NCBI GenBank assembly: GCA_963668025.2
Contig: CAXXTH010000018.1
Span: forward strand, 96,001 to 160,000
Source: Candidatus Hydrogenedentota bacterium
GTDB taxonomy: Bacteria; Hydrogenedentota; Hydrogenedentia; Hydrogenedentales; SLHB01
Direction: 5' to 3'
Length of the DNA stretch: 64,000 nt
This document shows positions 10,983 through 21,029 of the stretch, piece after piece. The notes under the pieces are model-generated. The model saw nothing but the letters and a program-made list of their open reading frames with translations. It was not told the origin of the DNA and did not search any database. Each line of letters begins with the position of its first letter. The stretch's first letter is position 1. The position numbers and the translations under genes are program-made.

Positions 10983-11762
10983 ATGATTGGAGAAGCAAGG
11001 CGGGACGCCATTCTGGCCATGCTGAAGCTGGAAGGATTTGTTTCGTCCAGTTGGCTGCAACATGAGTTTAGCGTCAGCGACATCACCATTCGCCGTGATC
11101 TAGACAAGCTGGCTAAGCTGGGCCTTCTGGAACGAGTCCATGGCGGCGCACGCACAACCTGGAACGGCGGCGCCGTCCGCCAGGAAGCGGCCTTTCAAGA
11201 GCGGGTCCAGTCTTTTCCAGACCAAAAAAAAGCGATTGGACAACGGGCGGCCATGCTGGTCGAAGAAGGCAGCTCTATTTTTCTCGATGGAAGCACTACG
11301 GTTGTGCATATGGCGCAATTTCTGGATTCGTTCAAGAAATTAACGGTCGTCACGGATAGCCTCGCCGTCTTGCAGGCTTTGGCGCATGCGCCTGGCATCG
11401 AACTGGTCGTCCTGGGCGGCAGCCTGCAAGAAGACGGCAACACCATAGACGGCCCTTTCGCCATGGAAAATACGGAGCAAATCCGAGTGGACACGCTGTT
11501 CTTCTCTTGTTCCGGATTGGATGCGCAGGGTGTGTACAATCCGGGCACGGTAGGCACGCATATCAAGCGGCTCCTCATTGCCAAAGCCAAGCGCCGCGTG
11601 CTGCTCGCCAGCTCCGAAAAATATGGCCTGCATGACTTTTACCTGCTATGCCCCTTGGCGGATGTCGATGTGATCGTGACGGACGCCCCTCCTTCACCGG
11701 ACGCGGAAGAAGCCTTTTCCCAGCATGCCATCGAATTGTTGATAGCAGGCGCAGACCGGTAA
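10983..11762 (+). CDS. DeoR/GlpR family transcriptional regulator
   Basis: HTH VSDITIRRDLDKL...RVHGGA; sugar-binding domain IFLDGSTT. Confidence 0.93.
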   Translation: MIGEARRDAILAMLKLEGFVSSSWLQHEFSVSDITIRRDLDKLAKLGLLERVHGGARTTWNGGAVRQEAAFQERVQSFPDQKKAIGQRAAMLVEEGSSIFLDGSTTVVHMAQFLDSFKKLTVVTDSLAVLQALAHAPGIELVVLGGSLQEDGNTIDGPFAMENTEQIRVDTLFFSCSGLDAQGVYNPGTVGTHIKRLLIAKAKRRVLLASSEKYGLHDFYLLCPLADVDVIVTDAPPSPDAEEAFSQHAIELLIAGADR

Positions 11763-11776
11763 CAAAGGAGGTGCGG

Positions 11777-12613
11777 CTAGATTCTGCCCGTGGCGCATAA
11801 TTCCAGAAACACAATCATGAACCAATGGATCAGAAACGCGGGAACAAAGGAGCGGCTCCTCCACGCGACGAATCCGAAGCATGCGCCGCCGAAGGGCGTG
11901 CTGAGGGTTTCCAAGAGCGGCTTGCCCATGTGCATGAAGCAAAACGGCACAGCATGCAGAAACAGCGCCGGGCCGGGAGGCATGACACGGAGCAATGCGG
12001 CCAGATAGAATCCGCGCCAGATAAACTCCCAGGCCATCATCTCGACGCCCCATTTGCCCAGCACCACTCCCACGGGCCGCTCCGGGCCCATGCTGTAATA
12101 ATGTTGCATGGCTTCATTGTGATGGCCGAGATACCATAAGATCGGCGCCATAAGCCCGCAGCCGATAGCCGTCCATAATAACCCTTCGCGCCAATTGCCC
12201 AAGCAAAATCCATAGTCTTTCGGGCGCTCGCCAAACACCAGCACGATGAAGATCATCGGAAAAACAAAGAAGTAAACGAATTGGTCCCAGGTATTGTCGC
12301 CCGTGAATCGAAAACCATCGCGCGCCGTATGGAACATGGGCAGCAGGGTGCCTAGGATAATGACGGACAGCACGCGCAAATCCACGGAAGCGCCCATGAA
12401 AGAGAGGCGGCCTTTCCATTGGATCCACGCCTGAAGGCATAACATCACGGCAAGCATGACGCCGCAAAACAGGGCCATTTCCTGAGGCGTGCGTATGCCG
12501 AAACCGTGGACATATCCTTGTTGATGCGCCCAGGCATATCCGCCTGCCGCAGCGGCCATCACCGCCACAAGCGCCACACGGCGGGGTGCGAATAGGTTCC
12601 GAAGGATTTTCAT
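11777..12613 (-). CDS. CPBP (CAAX/Abi) family intramembrane glutamic endopeptidase
   Basis: Multi-TM protein; WEFIWRGF, FCFMH and IHW motifs. Confidence 0.85.
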   Translation of the reverse strand: MKILRNLFAPRRVALVAVMAAAAGGYAWAHQQGYVHGFGIRTPQEMALFCGVMLAVMLCLQAWIQWKGRLSFMGASVDLRVLSVIILGTLLPMFHTARDGFRFTGDNTWDQFVYFFVFPMIFIVLVFGERPKDYGFCLGNWREGLLWTAIGCGLMAPILWYLGHHNEAMQHYYSMGPERPVGVVLGKWGVEMMAWEFIWRGFYLAALLRVMPPGPALFLHAVPFCFMHMGKPLLETLSTPFGGACFGFVAWRSRSFVPAFLIHWFMIVFLELCATGRI

Positions 12614-13389
12614 GCGTCGCCTGCGCCTTGTGTATCAGGTGTCTTGGCGGCAATGATGTTGCGTTCATCATGGGCGGCTACAATCCGCTCGCCGGGCCGG
12701 ACCACGAGGAAATCCACCTCATTCCAGTCACCCTCGACAAGCCGTTTCACCAAGCTAGGATCCCCTTCAAGAATATCGTGATGCCATTTAAGCCAGTCCG
12801 CGCATTCCCGCGTGTACTGGCGGTACGCTTCCGTTTCACCTACATTCAGGTCCACATACGCCGCATTCGAGTAATTGGACATCCAGGCCTGTTCCATCTG
12901 CATAAGGTATTCGGCGTTTTCTTCGCCATATGTTTCCACATACTGGTGGTAGGTATCCTCATATCGCTTTTGGCCAGGCTGCGTGTGGGTGTCGATCCAT
13001 CCCGGCGAATACCAGTACGTGCCCGGATGGGCGTCGAAGTATTCCCGGTAGCGCTCTTTCGAGCCTAAAAGAAACGTGATGCAATCATGGGCGCGAGGCA
13101 CGACCAAAGGCTTATCACGCGCTTCGATGCCGACCAAGCCGTTGCTGCATAGGCCATATCCTACAATCACCGCCTCACAGGTTTCAGGCGTATGATCGAT
13201 GGCGTTTTGCAACTCCGAGCGCAACAAATCCGGCGTATTATGGAGGCCTTGCGGCAAATAGTGGAACTCGAACACGTTGCGCGATAACGATGCGTAGTAA
13301 CACAGTTCTCGCCAAAGCACATGGCACGAGATGACGAAAAGACGTTTAGCCTGTATTTTCTCATCAGGCACAGGGAACACCGACACCAT
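12610..13389 (-). CDS. DUF1638 domain protein
   Basis: ISCHVL, LPQGLHNTP, YGLCSNG, PRAHDCITFLLGS motifs typical of DUF1638; start uncertain (ORF open to 13464). Confidence 0.85.
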   Translation of the reverse strand: MVSVFPVPDEKIQAKRLFVISCHVLWRELCYYASLSRNVFEFHYLPQGLHNTPDLLRSELQNAIDHTPETCEAVIVGYGLCSNGLVGIEARDKPLVVPRAHDCITFLLGSKERYREYFDAHPGTYWYSPGWIDTHTQPGQKRYEDTYHQYVETYGEENAEYLMQMEQAWMSNYSNAAYVDLNVGETEAYRQYTRECADWLKWHHDILEGDPSLVKRLVEGDWNEVDFLVVRPGERIVAAHDERNIIAAKTPDTQGAGDA

Positions 13390-13506
13390 TAAGGCCTCCA
13401 ACGGTATGCAAAACTTTACTGGCGCTTCAACCGGCGCGCCAGCGAATAAACATAACAATCCCACGATTTCTACTTATAGAATCGCAATAATGCCCTTTTA
13501 GCAAGG

Positions 13507-14607
13507 CTACTCGCAAGCGAACCGATGCACTTCATCGACCATGGACAGATAATTCTCGACGGGCACATAACTGGGAACGCTATTACCCGCGCCCAACGCA
13601 TAACGTCCGCGTGCGCCGCATACTTCCAGAAGCTGGCGCACCCGCGCGCGTACGGCTTCCACCGGCGCACCCGATAATATATTCAAGTCAACTCCCCCGA
13701 GAACGCCAATACGATGGCCGTACCGTTCCTGAAAGACTTCCACGGGGATAATGGCGTCTTCATACGAGTGCTTGGCGTCGATGCCCGCATCATTGATCAG
13801 ATCGTCCATGATCTCCAAGATACAGCCGCACGAGTGCAGGAAATACGGAATGCCGTGTGCGTGCGCCATGTCGGCGAAACGCTTATGCCAGGGAAGGGAA
13901 TACTGGCGCAAGTGGTCGGGGTCGATGAGCGTGCCCGTGCGGAATCCCATGTCGTCTCCCTGGAACAAGGCCGCCAGCCTATCCAATCCCAGCAAACGCC
14001 GGTAATAGGCCTCCATGCATTCGCCTACCTTATCGGAAACCGCTTGGACCAAACCGGGGTCTTCAAGCAATTTGATGCAGAGCGTCTCGATGGACATGAT
14101 TTGAGAGATATGCTCGAATGGCCCGCCCGCGTGGCAGGTGATGAAGCCCATGCCGTCCGGCAAATGGCTGTTCAAATATTCGAGGGCGAATAGATCCACG
14201 TTTTCCGCATTCGGCCAAGGATATCGCTCGAAATCCTCCCATGACGCAATCGCCCCATGGTGCTGGTCCGTCCATGCGCGCTGGCGGCTGGCCCCGGGGC
14301 TGGGATCGCCTCCCACCACAAGCTTCTCCTGAAATCCCATGCCGATCTCCCAGCGCAGGCAGTCATAACCCATGGCGTGCCAGAAGGCGATGACATTATC
14401 CAGATACGGCCGCATCGCGTCATGGTCCGGCGCATATGGCGTCCATTCGCGGCCCAGCAAGCCCGTTAGGATGGGCTGCATGACCAATTCGTCGATGATG
14501 TATTCAACTAGAGGCGGCTTCGAGCCATCGGCGCGTCCCATGATGATATCAATGAATCGCTGGCAATTGGGGTGGGGATTATGGAGCGGTATGTGCGGGT
14601 AGTCCAT
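13507..14607 (-). CDS. Uroporphyrinogen decarboxylase-like (MtaA/CmuA superfamily) protein
   Basis: GDDMGF, metal-binding HSCG, GGVD and YALGAGNSVP motifs; lacks the HemE RQAGR motif. Confidence 0.85.
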   Translation of the reverse strand: MDYPHIPLHNPHPNCQRFIDIIMGRADGSKPPLVEYIIDELVMQPILTGLLGREWTPYAPDHDAMRPYLDNVIAFWHAMGYDCLRWEIGMGFQEKLVVGGDPSPGASRQRAWTDQHHGAIASWEDFERYPWPNAENVDLFALEYLNSHLPDGMGFITCHAGGPFEHISQIMSIETLCIKLLEDPGLVQAVSDKVGECMEAYYRRLLGLDRLAALFQGDDMGFRTGTLIDPDHLRQYSLPWHKRFADMAHAHGIPYFLHSCGCILEIMDDLINDAGIDAKHSYEDAIIPVEVFQERYGHRIGVLGGVDLNILSGAPVEAVRARVRQLLEVCGARGRYALGAGNSVPSYVPVENYLSMVDEVHRFACE

Positions 14608-14636
14608 GGCAAAGCGCCTCCTGGTCCGTTGGCTGG

Positions 14637-14807
14637 TTATTGTTTAGGTTTATCTGGTTCTATTTTTTGGATCCACGGCCAGGGGAATCCACATATCGTA
14701 CAGCGTTCTTCTTTGGCAGGATACACGTACCGGCAATGCATGCATGTGACGCTCACGGCTGGTTCAGCAGAAGCCGGTTCCGGATTATTGAATTTCTTTT
14801 TTGCCAC
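14637..14807 (-). CDS. Small zinc-ribbon protein (56 aa)
   Basis: GTG start preceded by GGAAAG, overlapping the GH4 stop; CMHC-x10-CTIC motif; fills the gap between two co-oriented genes. Confidence 0.55.
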   Translation of the reverse strand: MAKKKFNNPEPASAEPAVSVTCMHCRYVYPAKEERCTICGFPWPWIQKIEPDKPKQ

Positions 14808-16305
14808 GGGATTTCTTTCCGGATTTATCAGCCACCTGTTTGGAAGAATCCACTGCGGCGCTTTCTCTTTCCGCTTTGATCTCAGCAATACTCTTTGTTT
14901 TCAAACGCGCCGCGCCGGCAACCGATTTCGCACCTAGATTTTTCTCTGAAGCCAGGCGCTTTTTCGCCTTGGCAATTTCGTTCTTATACTGGGGAAGCCA
15001 TTGGGCTTGCGCCACAAGCATGGCGTCGGCCAATTGCCAGATCTCGGGCGGATTACAGACCGCCGCCGTTAAGGGATCATGCAACATGGCTTGCTTGAGT
15101 AACATCACATCGCCATGCACCGCCGCCTCTACGGCCATGCGCTGCACGGAGATGCTGGCGTTGCAGGTGGCCGCACACGCCAGAGGCAAATCGCCCAGTT
15201 CCATGATATTCACGCCAGCGCGGTCCACATGGCCCGAGGCCTCAATAATGCAATCGGGTGGAAGATTGGTGATGTGATGATGGTTCACCATGTTAAAGAA
15301 ACTGCGGAATACGCGCCCCGTCTCCATGGCTTCCACGATGTAACTGCCGCGCTCGCGCGAACGGATATCCGGCGTAATCCGAGGAGCTTCCTGTTTTAGC
15401 CATTGTGGGTAATCATGCTTGAACCAATTGCGGCCTTCCGTACACACTCGAAGATAACCACCTGTTTCGCCATTATTCCAGCGGCTCAAGTCGATCCAGT
15501 GCTTAATCTCTTCCGGGCGTTTCCGATACCACGGAAGATACTCTGAAAGATGGCCGTTGCTTTCCGTGGACCAATAGCCGAAACGACGCAACACATCAAT
15601 GCGGCATTTTTCATGCTGGTTGAAGACAGGATGCTTTTCTATGGCGGCCAGCAGCTTATCTTTCATCTCCCGGCCTTTGTGCTTCACCGAAAGGCACCAG
15701 GTCTGGTGGTTGATTCCTCCGAATATGAAGTCCAACTCATTTTCTGGAATATGCAGCGCTTCCGCGATGAGCATGCAAGAGTGCTCCACGCCATGGCATA
15801 GGCCAATGGTTTTCACGCCGCCATATTGGGTCGCGGCCCACGTGAGCATGGCCATGGGATTCGAGTAATTCATGAACACACAATCCGGCTTAGCCGCCTC
15901 GCGGATGTCTTTGCAGATGGACAGAATCACCGGAATGCCCCGCTGGGCATACATAATGCCGCCCGGAGCAAGCGTGTCGCCCACGCACTGGTCCACGCCA
16001 TACCGCAGCGGAATATCGATATCATATTGGAAAGCGTCGAGGCCGCCCACCCGCACCATGCAGAAGACATAATCCGCGCTGGCGATAGCCTCCCGCTGGT
16101 CAAGGGTAGCCGAGACCTTTGCGGGAAGCCCATTCTCGCGGATATCGCGCTGGGCAAGCTGGAATATCATGTCCAGATTGCGCCTGTTGATGTCCATAAA
16201 AGCAAATTCGGCGTCGCGCAATTCGGGAACGGCCAATATGTCATGCATCAACCGGCGCGTAAAGCCAATGCTTCCCGCGCCAATCATGGCGGCTTTAATA
16301 GGCAT
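14785..16305 (-). CDS. melA: Family 4 glycoside hydrolase (alpha-galactosidase/alpha-glucosidase, MelA-like)
   Basis: NAD-binding IGAGSIGF, QCVGDTLAPGG, NYSNPMA, GLCHG, GINH, TESNGHLSEYLPWY. Confidence 0.92.
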   Translation of the reverse strand: MPIKAAMIGAGSIGFTRRLMHDILAVPELRDAEFAFMDINRRNLDMIFQLAQRDIRENGLPAKVSATLDQREAIASADYVFCMVRVGGLDAFQYDIDIPLRYGVDQCVGDTLAPGGIMYAQRGIPVILSICKDIREAAKPDCVFMNYSNPMAMLTWAATQYGGVKTIGLCHGVEHSCMLIAEALHIPENELDFIFGGINHQTWCLSVKHKGREMKDKLLAAIEKHPVFNQHEKCRIDVLRRFGYWSTESNGHLSEYLPWYRKRPEEIKHWIDLSRWNNGETGGYLRVCTEGRNWFKHDYPQWLKQEAPRITPDIRSRERGSYIVEAMETGRVFRSFFNMVNHHHITNLPPDCIIEASGHVDRAGVNIMELGDLPLACAATCNASISVQRMAVEAAVHGDVMLLKQAMLHDPLTAAVCNPPEIWQLADAMLVAQAQWLPQYKNEIAKAKKRLASEKNLGAKSVAGAARLKTKSIAEIKAERESAAVDSSKQVADKSGKKSRGKKEIQ

Positions 16306-16440
16306 GTGCGATTCCTTGCTTTACAATCCCGCATTCACCGTGCATAAACGAGACGCCTCATGAAACGCCGTATGTGCAAGGCGCGCGGCGCGCTTTGCAC
16401 GCCGCGCACCTAGCCATGCCTTCTTGTTACAGCCTTCGCA

Positions 16441-16542
16441 TCAGAATGAAAAAACGCGCATGAGCACATGCGCGATAGCCGAGAAAAGGCCAGATCCGAA
16501 GCCATATACGGTCAGCGCAAAACTTAGTAACGTCATAATCAT
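16441..16542 (-). CDS. Small hydrophobic peptide (33 aa)
   Basis: AAGAGAGGGA RBS before ATG; MIMTLLSFALTVYGFGSGLFSAIAHVLMRVFSF; palindrome GTGCAAGGCGCG/CGCGCTTTGCAC downstream (about 16374-16400). Confidence 0.4.
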   Translation of the reverse strand: MIMTLLSFALTVYGFGSGLFSAIAHVLMRVFSF

Positions 16543-16734
16543 AGCGGTTCCCTCTCTTATACGGTTTGCCCCCCTGAATACGGGCAAATAAATCGTATCA
16601 GAATGGGCAAGCGCGGGCAAACTGGCGAAACCATTCTGCCCGATGTATTCGAGTTTACAGCCCGCCACGCCGTTCGCCTTGCAGGAGCGGCTTTAAGATC
16701 TCTACAATGAAACCTCTCACAGGGAGCGCGGAAC

Positions 16735-18603
16735 GTGATACGAACAAACGCAAAGCTGGGCCCGGTGCGCATGCTGCCCGAGGAAGTCGCGAATAAAATC
16801 GCGGCGGGCGAGGTAGTCGAACGGCCTGCGTCCGTGGTGAAGGAACTCATCGAGAACGCCCTCGATGCAGGTGCGACACGCATCACGGTGCGCCTGGTGG
16901 CGGCGGGGCGGCGCACCATCGAGGTGATTGACAACGGCGCGGGCATGTCGGAGCAGGATGTCTTGCTGGCCATCGAACGCCACACAACGAGTAAAATCCG
17001 CACTTCCGAAGATCTCGATGAAATCCGCACCTTCGGCTTTCGTGGCGAGGCCCTGGCCAGCATCGCCGCCGTCTCGCGTTTTGAACTGGTGGCCCGCCGC
17101 GCGCAGGACGAAGCCGCCACGCGCGTGCAAGTCGAGGGCGGCATTTTACGCCAAGTGGACCATGCGCCAGCCCCGGTGGGCGCTCGAGTCTCCGCGCACC
17201 GGCTGTATTTCAATACGCCCGTGCGCGCGAAATTCCTGAAGGGCATCACGACCGAATTGAGCCGCTGCATCGATTGCGTCCAGCGGTTTGTCTTATCCGC
17301 TGATGGAGTGGCGTTCCAGCTTTCTCACAACGATAAAGTGCTGCTCGATGTCCCAGAAAACGCCAGCCTGCGTGATCGCGTCGCTCTTATTTGGGGGCTC
17401 AGTTTCGTGGAGGATCTTGTGGAACTCCATGGCGAGCGCGAGTGCATGCGTTTCCGCGGCCTCATTGGCACGCCACGCCTAACCCGCTCCAGCCGGTCGC
17501 ACCAGTTTTTCTTTCTGAACGGCAGGCCCGTGGCCAATCGCGCACTCCAGTATGGATTCGAAGATGGCTACCACCAGCTCCTGACCATTGGGCGCAGGCC
17601 CGTGGGCATTGTCATGATCGAGGCCCCGCCGCGTTCCGTCGATATCAACATCCATCCCGCCAAACGCGAAGTGCGCTTCCGTGATGAACGCGCCGTCCAG
17701 TCGGCGATGCGGGAAGTGGTGCGGGAATGCTTGAGCGCCTTACGTGCGCCAGAAAAGCCCGCAGCGCCTATTGTGGCGGATTACGCCGTGCCACCTGCGC
17801 CTTTACTCGATGATGCGCAATCCGCTCCCATGGACGCCCCCAGGGCAACGCACCCACCTCTCCCCCACGCCTCGCCTCCTGCATACACCGCTATTGGCGA
17901 AGAAACGTCCACTCAACCGCCTGCCGCCACAATAGGCGTACAGACGGAATTTGCTGGCGAGACGAATATGGAAGATGGTTCCGGGCGCATCATACCCGAG
18001 GCCTTCTACCGGCCAGTCGAATCGGTAGGCGGTGCGCCCGTGCAGTTATTTGACACGTATCTCCTCGTTCCCGAAGAAGAACGCCTGTTGATCATTGACC
18101 AGCATGCCCTTCATGAGCGCCTCACATACGACAGCTTATATGCCGAGCTTTCCGACCGGGAGTACGAATCCCAGCAGCTTATCGTGCCTTTGGTAGTGGA
18201 CGTGCCGCCTTCCTATGTGAGGCTCCTAGAAACGAACATTGCGCTCTTCTCGAAGCTGGGCATCGAGATCGAGCCTTTCGGCGGCCATTCGTTCCAAGTC
18301 ACGGCCATCTGCCCGCTCTACGAGGATGCACGTATTCCCGATACCATCTGCCGGGTGCTCGACCATCTTGCCCAAGGCGACCTGTTCAGCAAAGAGGAGA
18401 TCATGGACGAGCTTCTGCGCCTGGCCGTCGAGGCCTGCCGCGGCTCGGTCAAGGCGGGCGACCGATTAACTATCGAGGAGCGCCAAGGCCTCTTGGATGG
18501 TTTCCGCCGCTTGCGCCCGCCCTATACCTGCCCCCACGGCAGGCCCATCATCATCGAACTCACCCAAGCACAAATGGAAAAAAGTTTTCGGAGAAAACAG
18601 TGA
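16735..18603 (+). CDS. mutL: DNA mismatch repair endonuclease MutL
   Basis: KIAAGEVVERPASVVKELIEN, GFRGEALASI; endonuclease motifs DQHALHER, ACR, CPHGRP. Confidence 0.98.
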   Translation: MIRTNAKLGPVRMLPEEVANKIAAGEVVERPASVVKELIENALDAGATRITVRLVAAGRRTIEVIDNGAGMSEQDVLLAIERHTTSKIRTSEDLDEIRTFGFRGEALASIAAVSRFELVARRAQDEAATRVQVEGGILRQVDHAPAPVGARVSAHRLYFNTPVRAKFLKGITTELSRCIDCVQRFVLSADGVAFQLSHNDKVLLDVPENASLRDRVALIWGLSFVEDLVELHGERECMRFRGLIGTPRLTRSSRSHQFFFLNGRPVANRALQYGFEDGYHQLLTIGRRPVGIVMIEAPPRSVDINIHPAKREVRFRDERAVQSAMREVVRECLSALRAPEKPAAPIVADYAVPPAPLLDDAQSAPMDAPRATHPPLPHASPPAYTAIGEETSTQPPAATIGVQTEFAGETNMEDGSGRIIPEAFYRPVESVGGAPVQLFDTYLLVPEEERLLIIDQHALHERLTYDSLYAELSDREYESQQLIVPLVVDVPPSYVRLLETNIALFSKLGIEIEPFGGHSFQVTAICPLYEDARIPDTICRVLDHLAQGDLFSKEEIMDELLRLAVEACRGSVKAGDRLTIEERQGLLDGFRRLRPPYTCPHGRPIIIELTQAQMEKSFRRKQ

Positions 18604-19523
18604 AGCCGATTATCGCTGTGGTTGGGCCTACGGCTTCGGGGAAAACCGCCCTTGCTGTCGCGTTGGCGGAACGCCTGAAAACCGAGATCATCTCCGCCGA
18701 CTCGATGCAGGTCTATCGCGGCATGGCTATCGGCACGGGCGCGCCCACGCCGGAAGAACAGGCCCGCGCGCGCCATCACTTCGTGGGCATGCTGGATCCC
18801 TTCGAGCAATTCACCGCCGGAACCTTTGGCCGCCAAGCGCGCGTGGCGGCGGCGATGCTGAACGCTTCAGGGAAACCGGCCATCGTCGCAGGAGGCTCGG
18901 GGCTCTATGTGCGGGCGTTCATTGACGGGCTCTTTCCCGGTCCCGGAAAGGATGAATCCATCCGTGCGCGCTTGCATGCGGAGGCGGAATTTGCAGGCGC
19001 GGCAGCGTTGTATGAACGGCTACAGGCGGTGGATCCCGCATATGCGGAAATCATCTTGCCGGGTGATCTACGGCGGATTGTCCGGGCGCTCGAAGTCTTC
19101 GAGATCACCGGACAGCCCTTCTCGAAACTGCATCAGGAACACCGGGAAGCCGAGCCGCCTCTTGATGCGCTGCTGGTGGGGCTGGATTGGCCTCGAGATA
19201 AACTATATGCGCGTATTGACGCTCGGGTGGACGCCATGCTCGAAGCGGGATTTATCGACGAGGTGCGCCTGTTGATGGAGCAGGGCTATACGGAGCGCTT
19301 GATGCAGCTCCGCACGCTCGGCTACCGGGAATTCGCGGCGCATCTCCTTGGCCGCCAAACATACGAGGAGGCCCGCGCGGCCATGCAACAGAATACGAGG
19401 CGTTACGCCAAGCGCCAGCTCACGTGGTGGCGCGGCGACTCGCGCATCCATTGGCTGCCCCAGAGCGCGGACACGACGCCGGAACAGCGCGCTGATAGTA
19501 TTGTTGCACTTGCTGGGATGTAG
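18600..19523 (+). CDS. miaA: tRNA dimethylallyltransferase
   Basis: GPTASGKT, ISADSMQVYRGM, TRRYAKRQLTW; conserved mutL-miaA order with overlapping stop/start. Confidence 0.98.
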   Translation: MKPIIAVVGPTASGKTALAVALAERLKTEIISADSMQVYRGMAIGTGAPTPEEQARARHHFVGMLDPFEQFTAGTFGRQARVAAAMLNASGKPAIVAGGSGLYVRAFIDGLFPGPGKDESIRARLHAEAEFAGAAALYERLQAVDPAYAEIILPGDLRRIVRALEVFEITGQPFSKLHQEHREAEPPLDALLVGLDWPRDKLYARIDARVDAMLEAGFIDEVRLLMEQGYTERLMQLRTLGYREFAAHLLGRQTYEEARAAMQQNTRRYAKRQLTWWRGDSRIHWLPQSADTTPEQRADSIVALAGM

Positions 19524-19533
19524 AAAAAACCGT

Positions 19534-20034
19534 TTAGAGTTTTTTTTCACATTCCCGATCTTTCACGACCACCAGGTAATACCCAATGCTCATAGCCAGC
19601 ACCACGGCTGCGACGGCGACGAAATCCCAGGTGGTTTTCTGTTCCAGATCAAGAATGATCACTTTGCGGGCTACGGCCATCAGGGCGGTAGCCATGACGA
19701 TTTTCACGTGAATCACATCGTCACGCAGATAAACGGTGATATTCGAGAAAATCTCGATGGCGATCAACACGGTCATGAATGCGCCAAACAGGGCGAATAT
19801 CTCTTTTATATCAAGCAACAAAAGCGTATCGGATTTCATCATATCGATAAACAGAAGCCGTCCGAGGTCCACAACCCCCCATACGATCACCACCGTCATA
19901 AATACCGCAAGCACCCGCACGGCCGCATGAATCACCAGATGCAACACTTTCATCAACGGTTCGTCTTGCGTTTGAAATGGACTCTTAAGCGAATCCAGCG
20001 GCGGATCTTCTTGCTTGCTTGTAGGCATGTTCAT
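19534..20034 (-). CDS. Phosphate-starvation-inducible PsiE family membrane protein
   Basis: VLIAIEIFSNITVYL and TALMAVARKVIILD motifs; 4 TM segments. Confidence 0.88.
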   Translation of the reverse strand: MNMPTSKQEDPPLDSLKSPFQTQDEPLMKVLHLVIHAAVRVLAVFMTVVIVWGVVDLGRLLFIDMMKSDTLLLLDIKEIFALFGAFMTVLIAIEIFSNITVYLRDDVIHVKIVMATALMAVARKVIILDLEQKTTWDFVAVAAVVLAMSIGYYLVVVKDRECEKKL

Positions 20035-20055
20035 ACAGAAGACACTCCAACACGT

Positions 20056-20730
20056 TTAACTTAGCGGCACGGAGCCCAGATCGCATATGCCCCCTGGTTC
20101 GAGCGATACTTCTGGAAGCTCAGCAGCCCCCGACTCCGCCGCTTTGAAGCGTAACAAAAAACGCCCCGGCGGCACTGGGCTGAATACTACGCCGCCTTCG
20201 GCGTCCGTGCATGCTTCACAGGGCCACCACGGCCCTTTATCCGGGTGTAACATCATGAGCCCCACCGTTTCATTCCCGACTGGCCCGCCTCCCGCGCCCG
20301 AGAGATGCGCTTTGAGCGTTGCGCCAGGCGCCATGGTGATCTCAAGAGTTTTATCTACAGGCGCATCCCCTGGCGGCACATCAAAGTAATTATTGGCGAA
20401 GTAGCGGGTGGCGGGATCCCACGCACGCACATAAAGCCATTGCGTCGTATCCAGAACAATGCTGCTATACCCATCACTGCCAGATAACGGGCCTTTTGCA
20501 AATGGTTCATCAAACGCATTGGGCTGGCGCGTCGCGATGGGAGCCATGTTTGCCAATGGATTGCCCAGCAAGTCCACTATCCGCACTCGGGCGGTGATTG
20601 CGGAGCCGGGTTTCGGCTCTCGGGTCGCGGGATTCGTGGTTTGAGGCGAAGGTTTGGAATCATCGCCACATCCGGCCAGAACACACGCCATGCCCACCAC
20701 TATCGCCGCAAACGCCACGTATTTTCGCAT
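20056..20730 (-). CDS. Putative lipoprotein with carboxypeptidase-regulatory-like beta-sandwich domains
   Basis: Lipobox VLAG-C after a hydrophobic signal; TDAEGGVVFSPVPPGRF motif. Confidence 0.7.
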   Translation of the reverse strand: MRKYVAFAAIVVGMACVLAGCGDDSKPSPQTTNPATREPKPGSAITARVRIVDLLGNPLANMAPIATRQPNAFDEPFAKGPLSGSDGYSSIVLDTTQWLYVRAWDPATRYFANNYFDVPPGDAPVDKTLEITMAPGATLKAHLSGAGGGPVGNETVGLMMLHPDKGPWWPCEACTDAEGGVVFSPVPPGRFLLRFKAAESGAAELPEVSLEPGGICDLGSVPLS

Positions 20731-20834
20731 ACCAGTGAAGCTCACCTCAAATACCCCAAATCCTTAGACCCTGACGTAGACTAGACGTTTCCCACAACCC
20801 AAAGAAACCAAAAACATCGTTTATACTCGTTTAA

Positions 20835-20945
20835 CTTTGCGTTCTTGGCGGCTTTGCGTGCGTATAAATCGAATGGGATTCCTGTTAGTAGTACAGCGCT
20901 CCAGCCTTACTCATCTATTTCACATAAAGCCGCGAAGCCGCAAAG
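20835..20945. repeat. Inverted pair of ~9-nt-period triplet repeats (CGCAAAG type)
   Basis: CTTTGCGTTCTTGGCGGCTTTGCGTG (20835-20860) and CACATAAAGCCGCGAAGCCGCAAAG (20921-20945). Confidence 0.7.
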
Positions 20946-21029
20946 AATGAAACTATTTAAAGCGCGACATACCCCTGCAAATAGAAAATCTTCTTATTGT
21001 TTTTTACAGAAGCCGAAGCTTAAGGTGTT

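Noticed and set aside
13507-14607. Genuine hemE
   Set aside because: The N-terminal RQAGR motif is missing; the HxC metal motif places it in the MtaA/CmuA-like branch.
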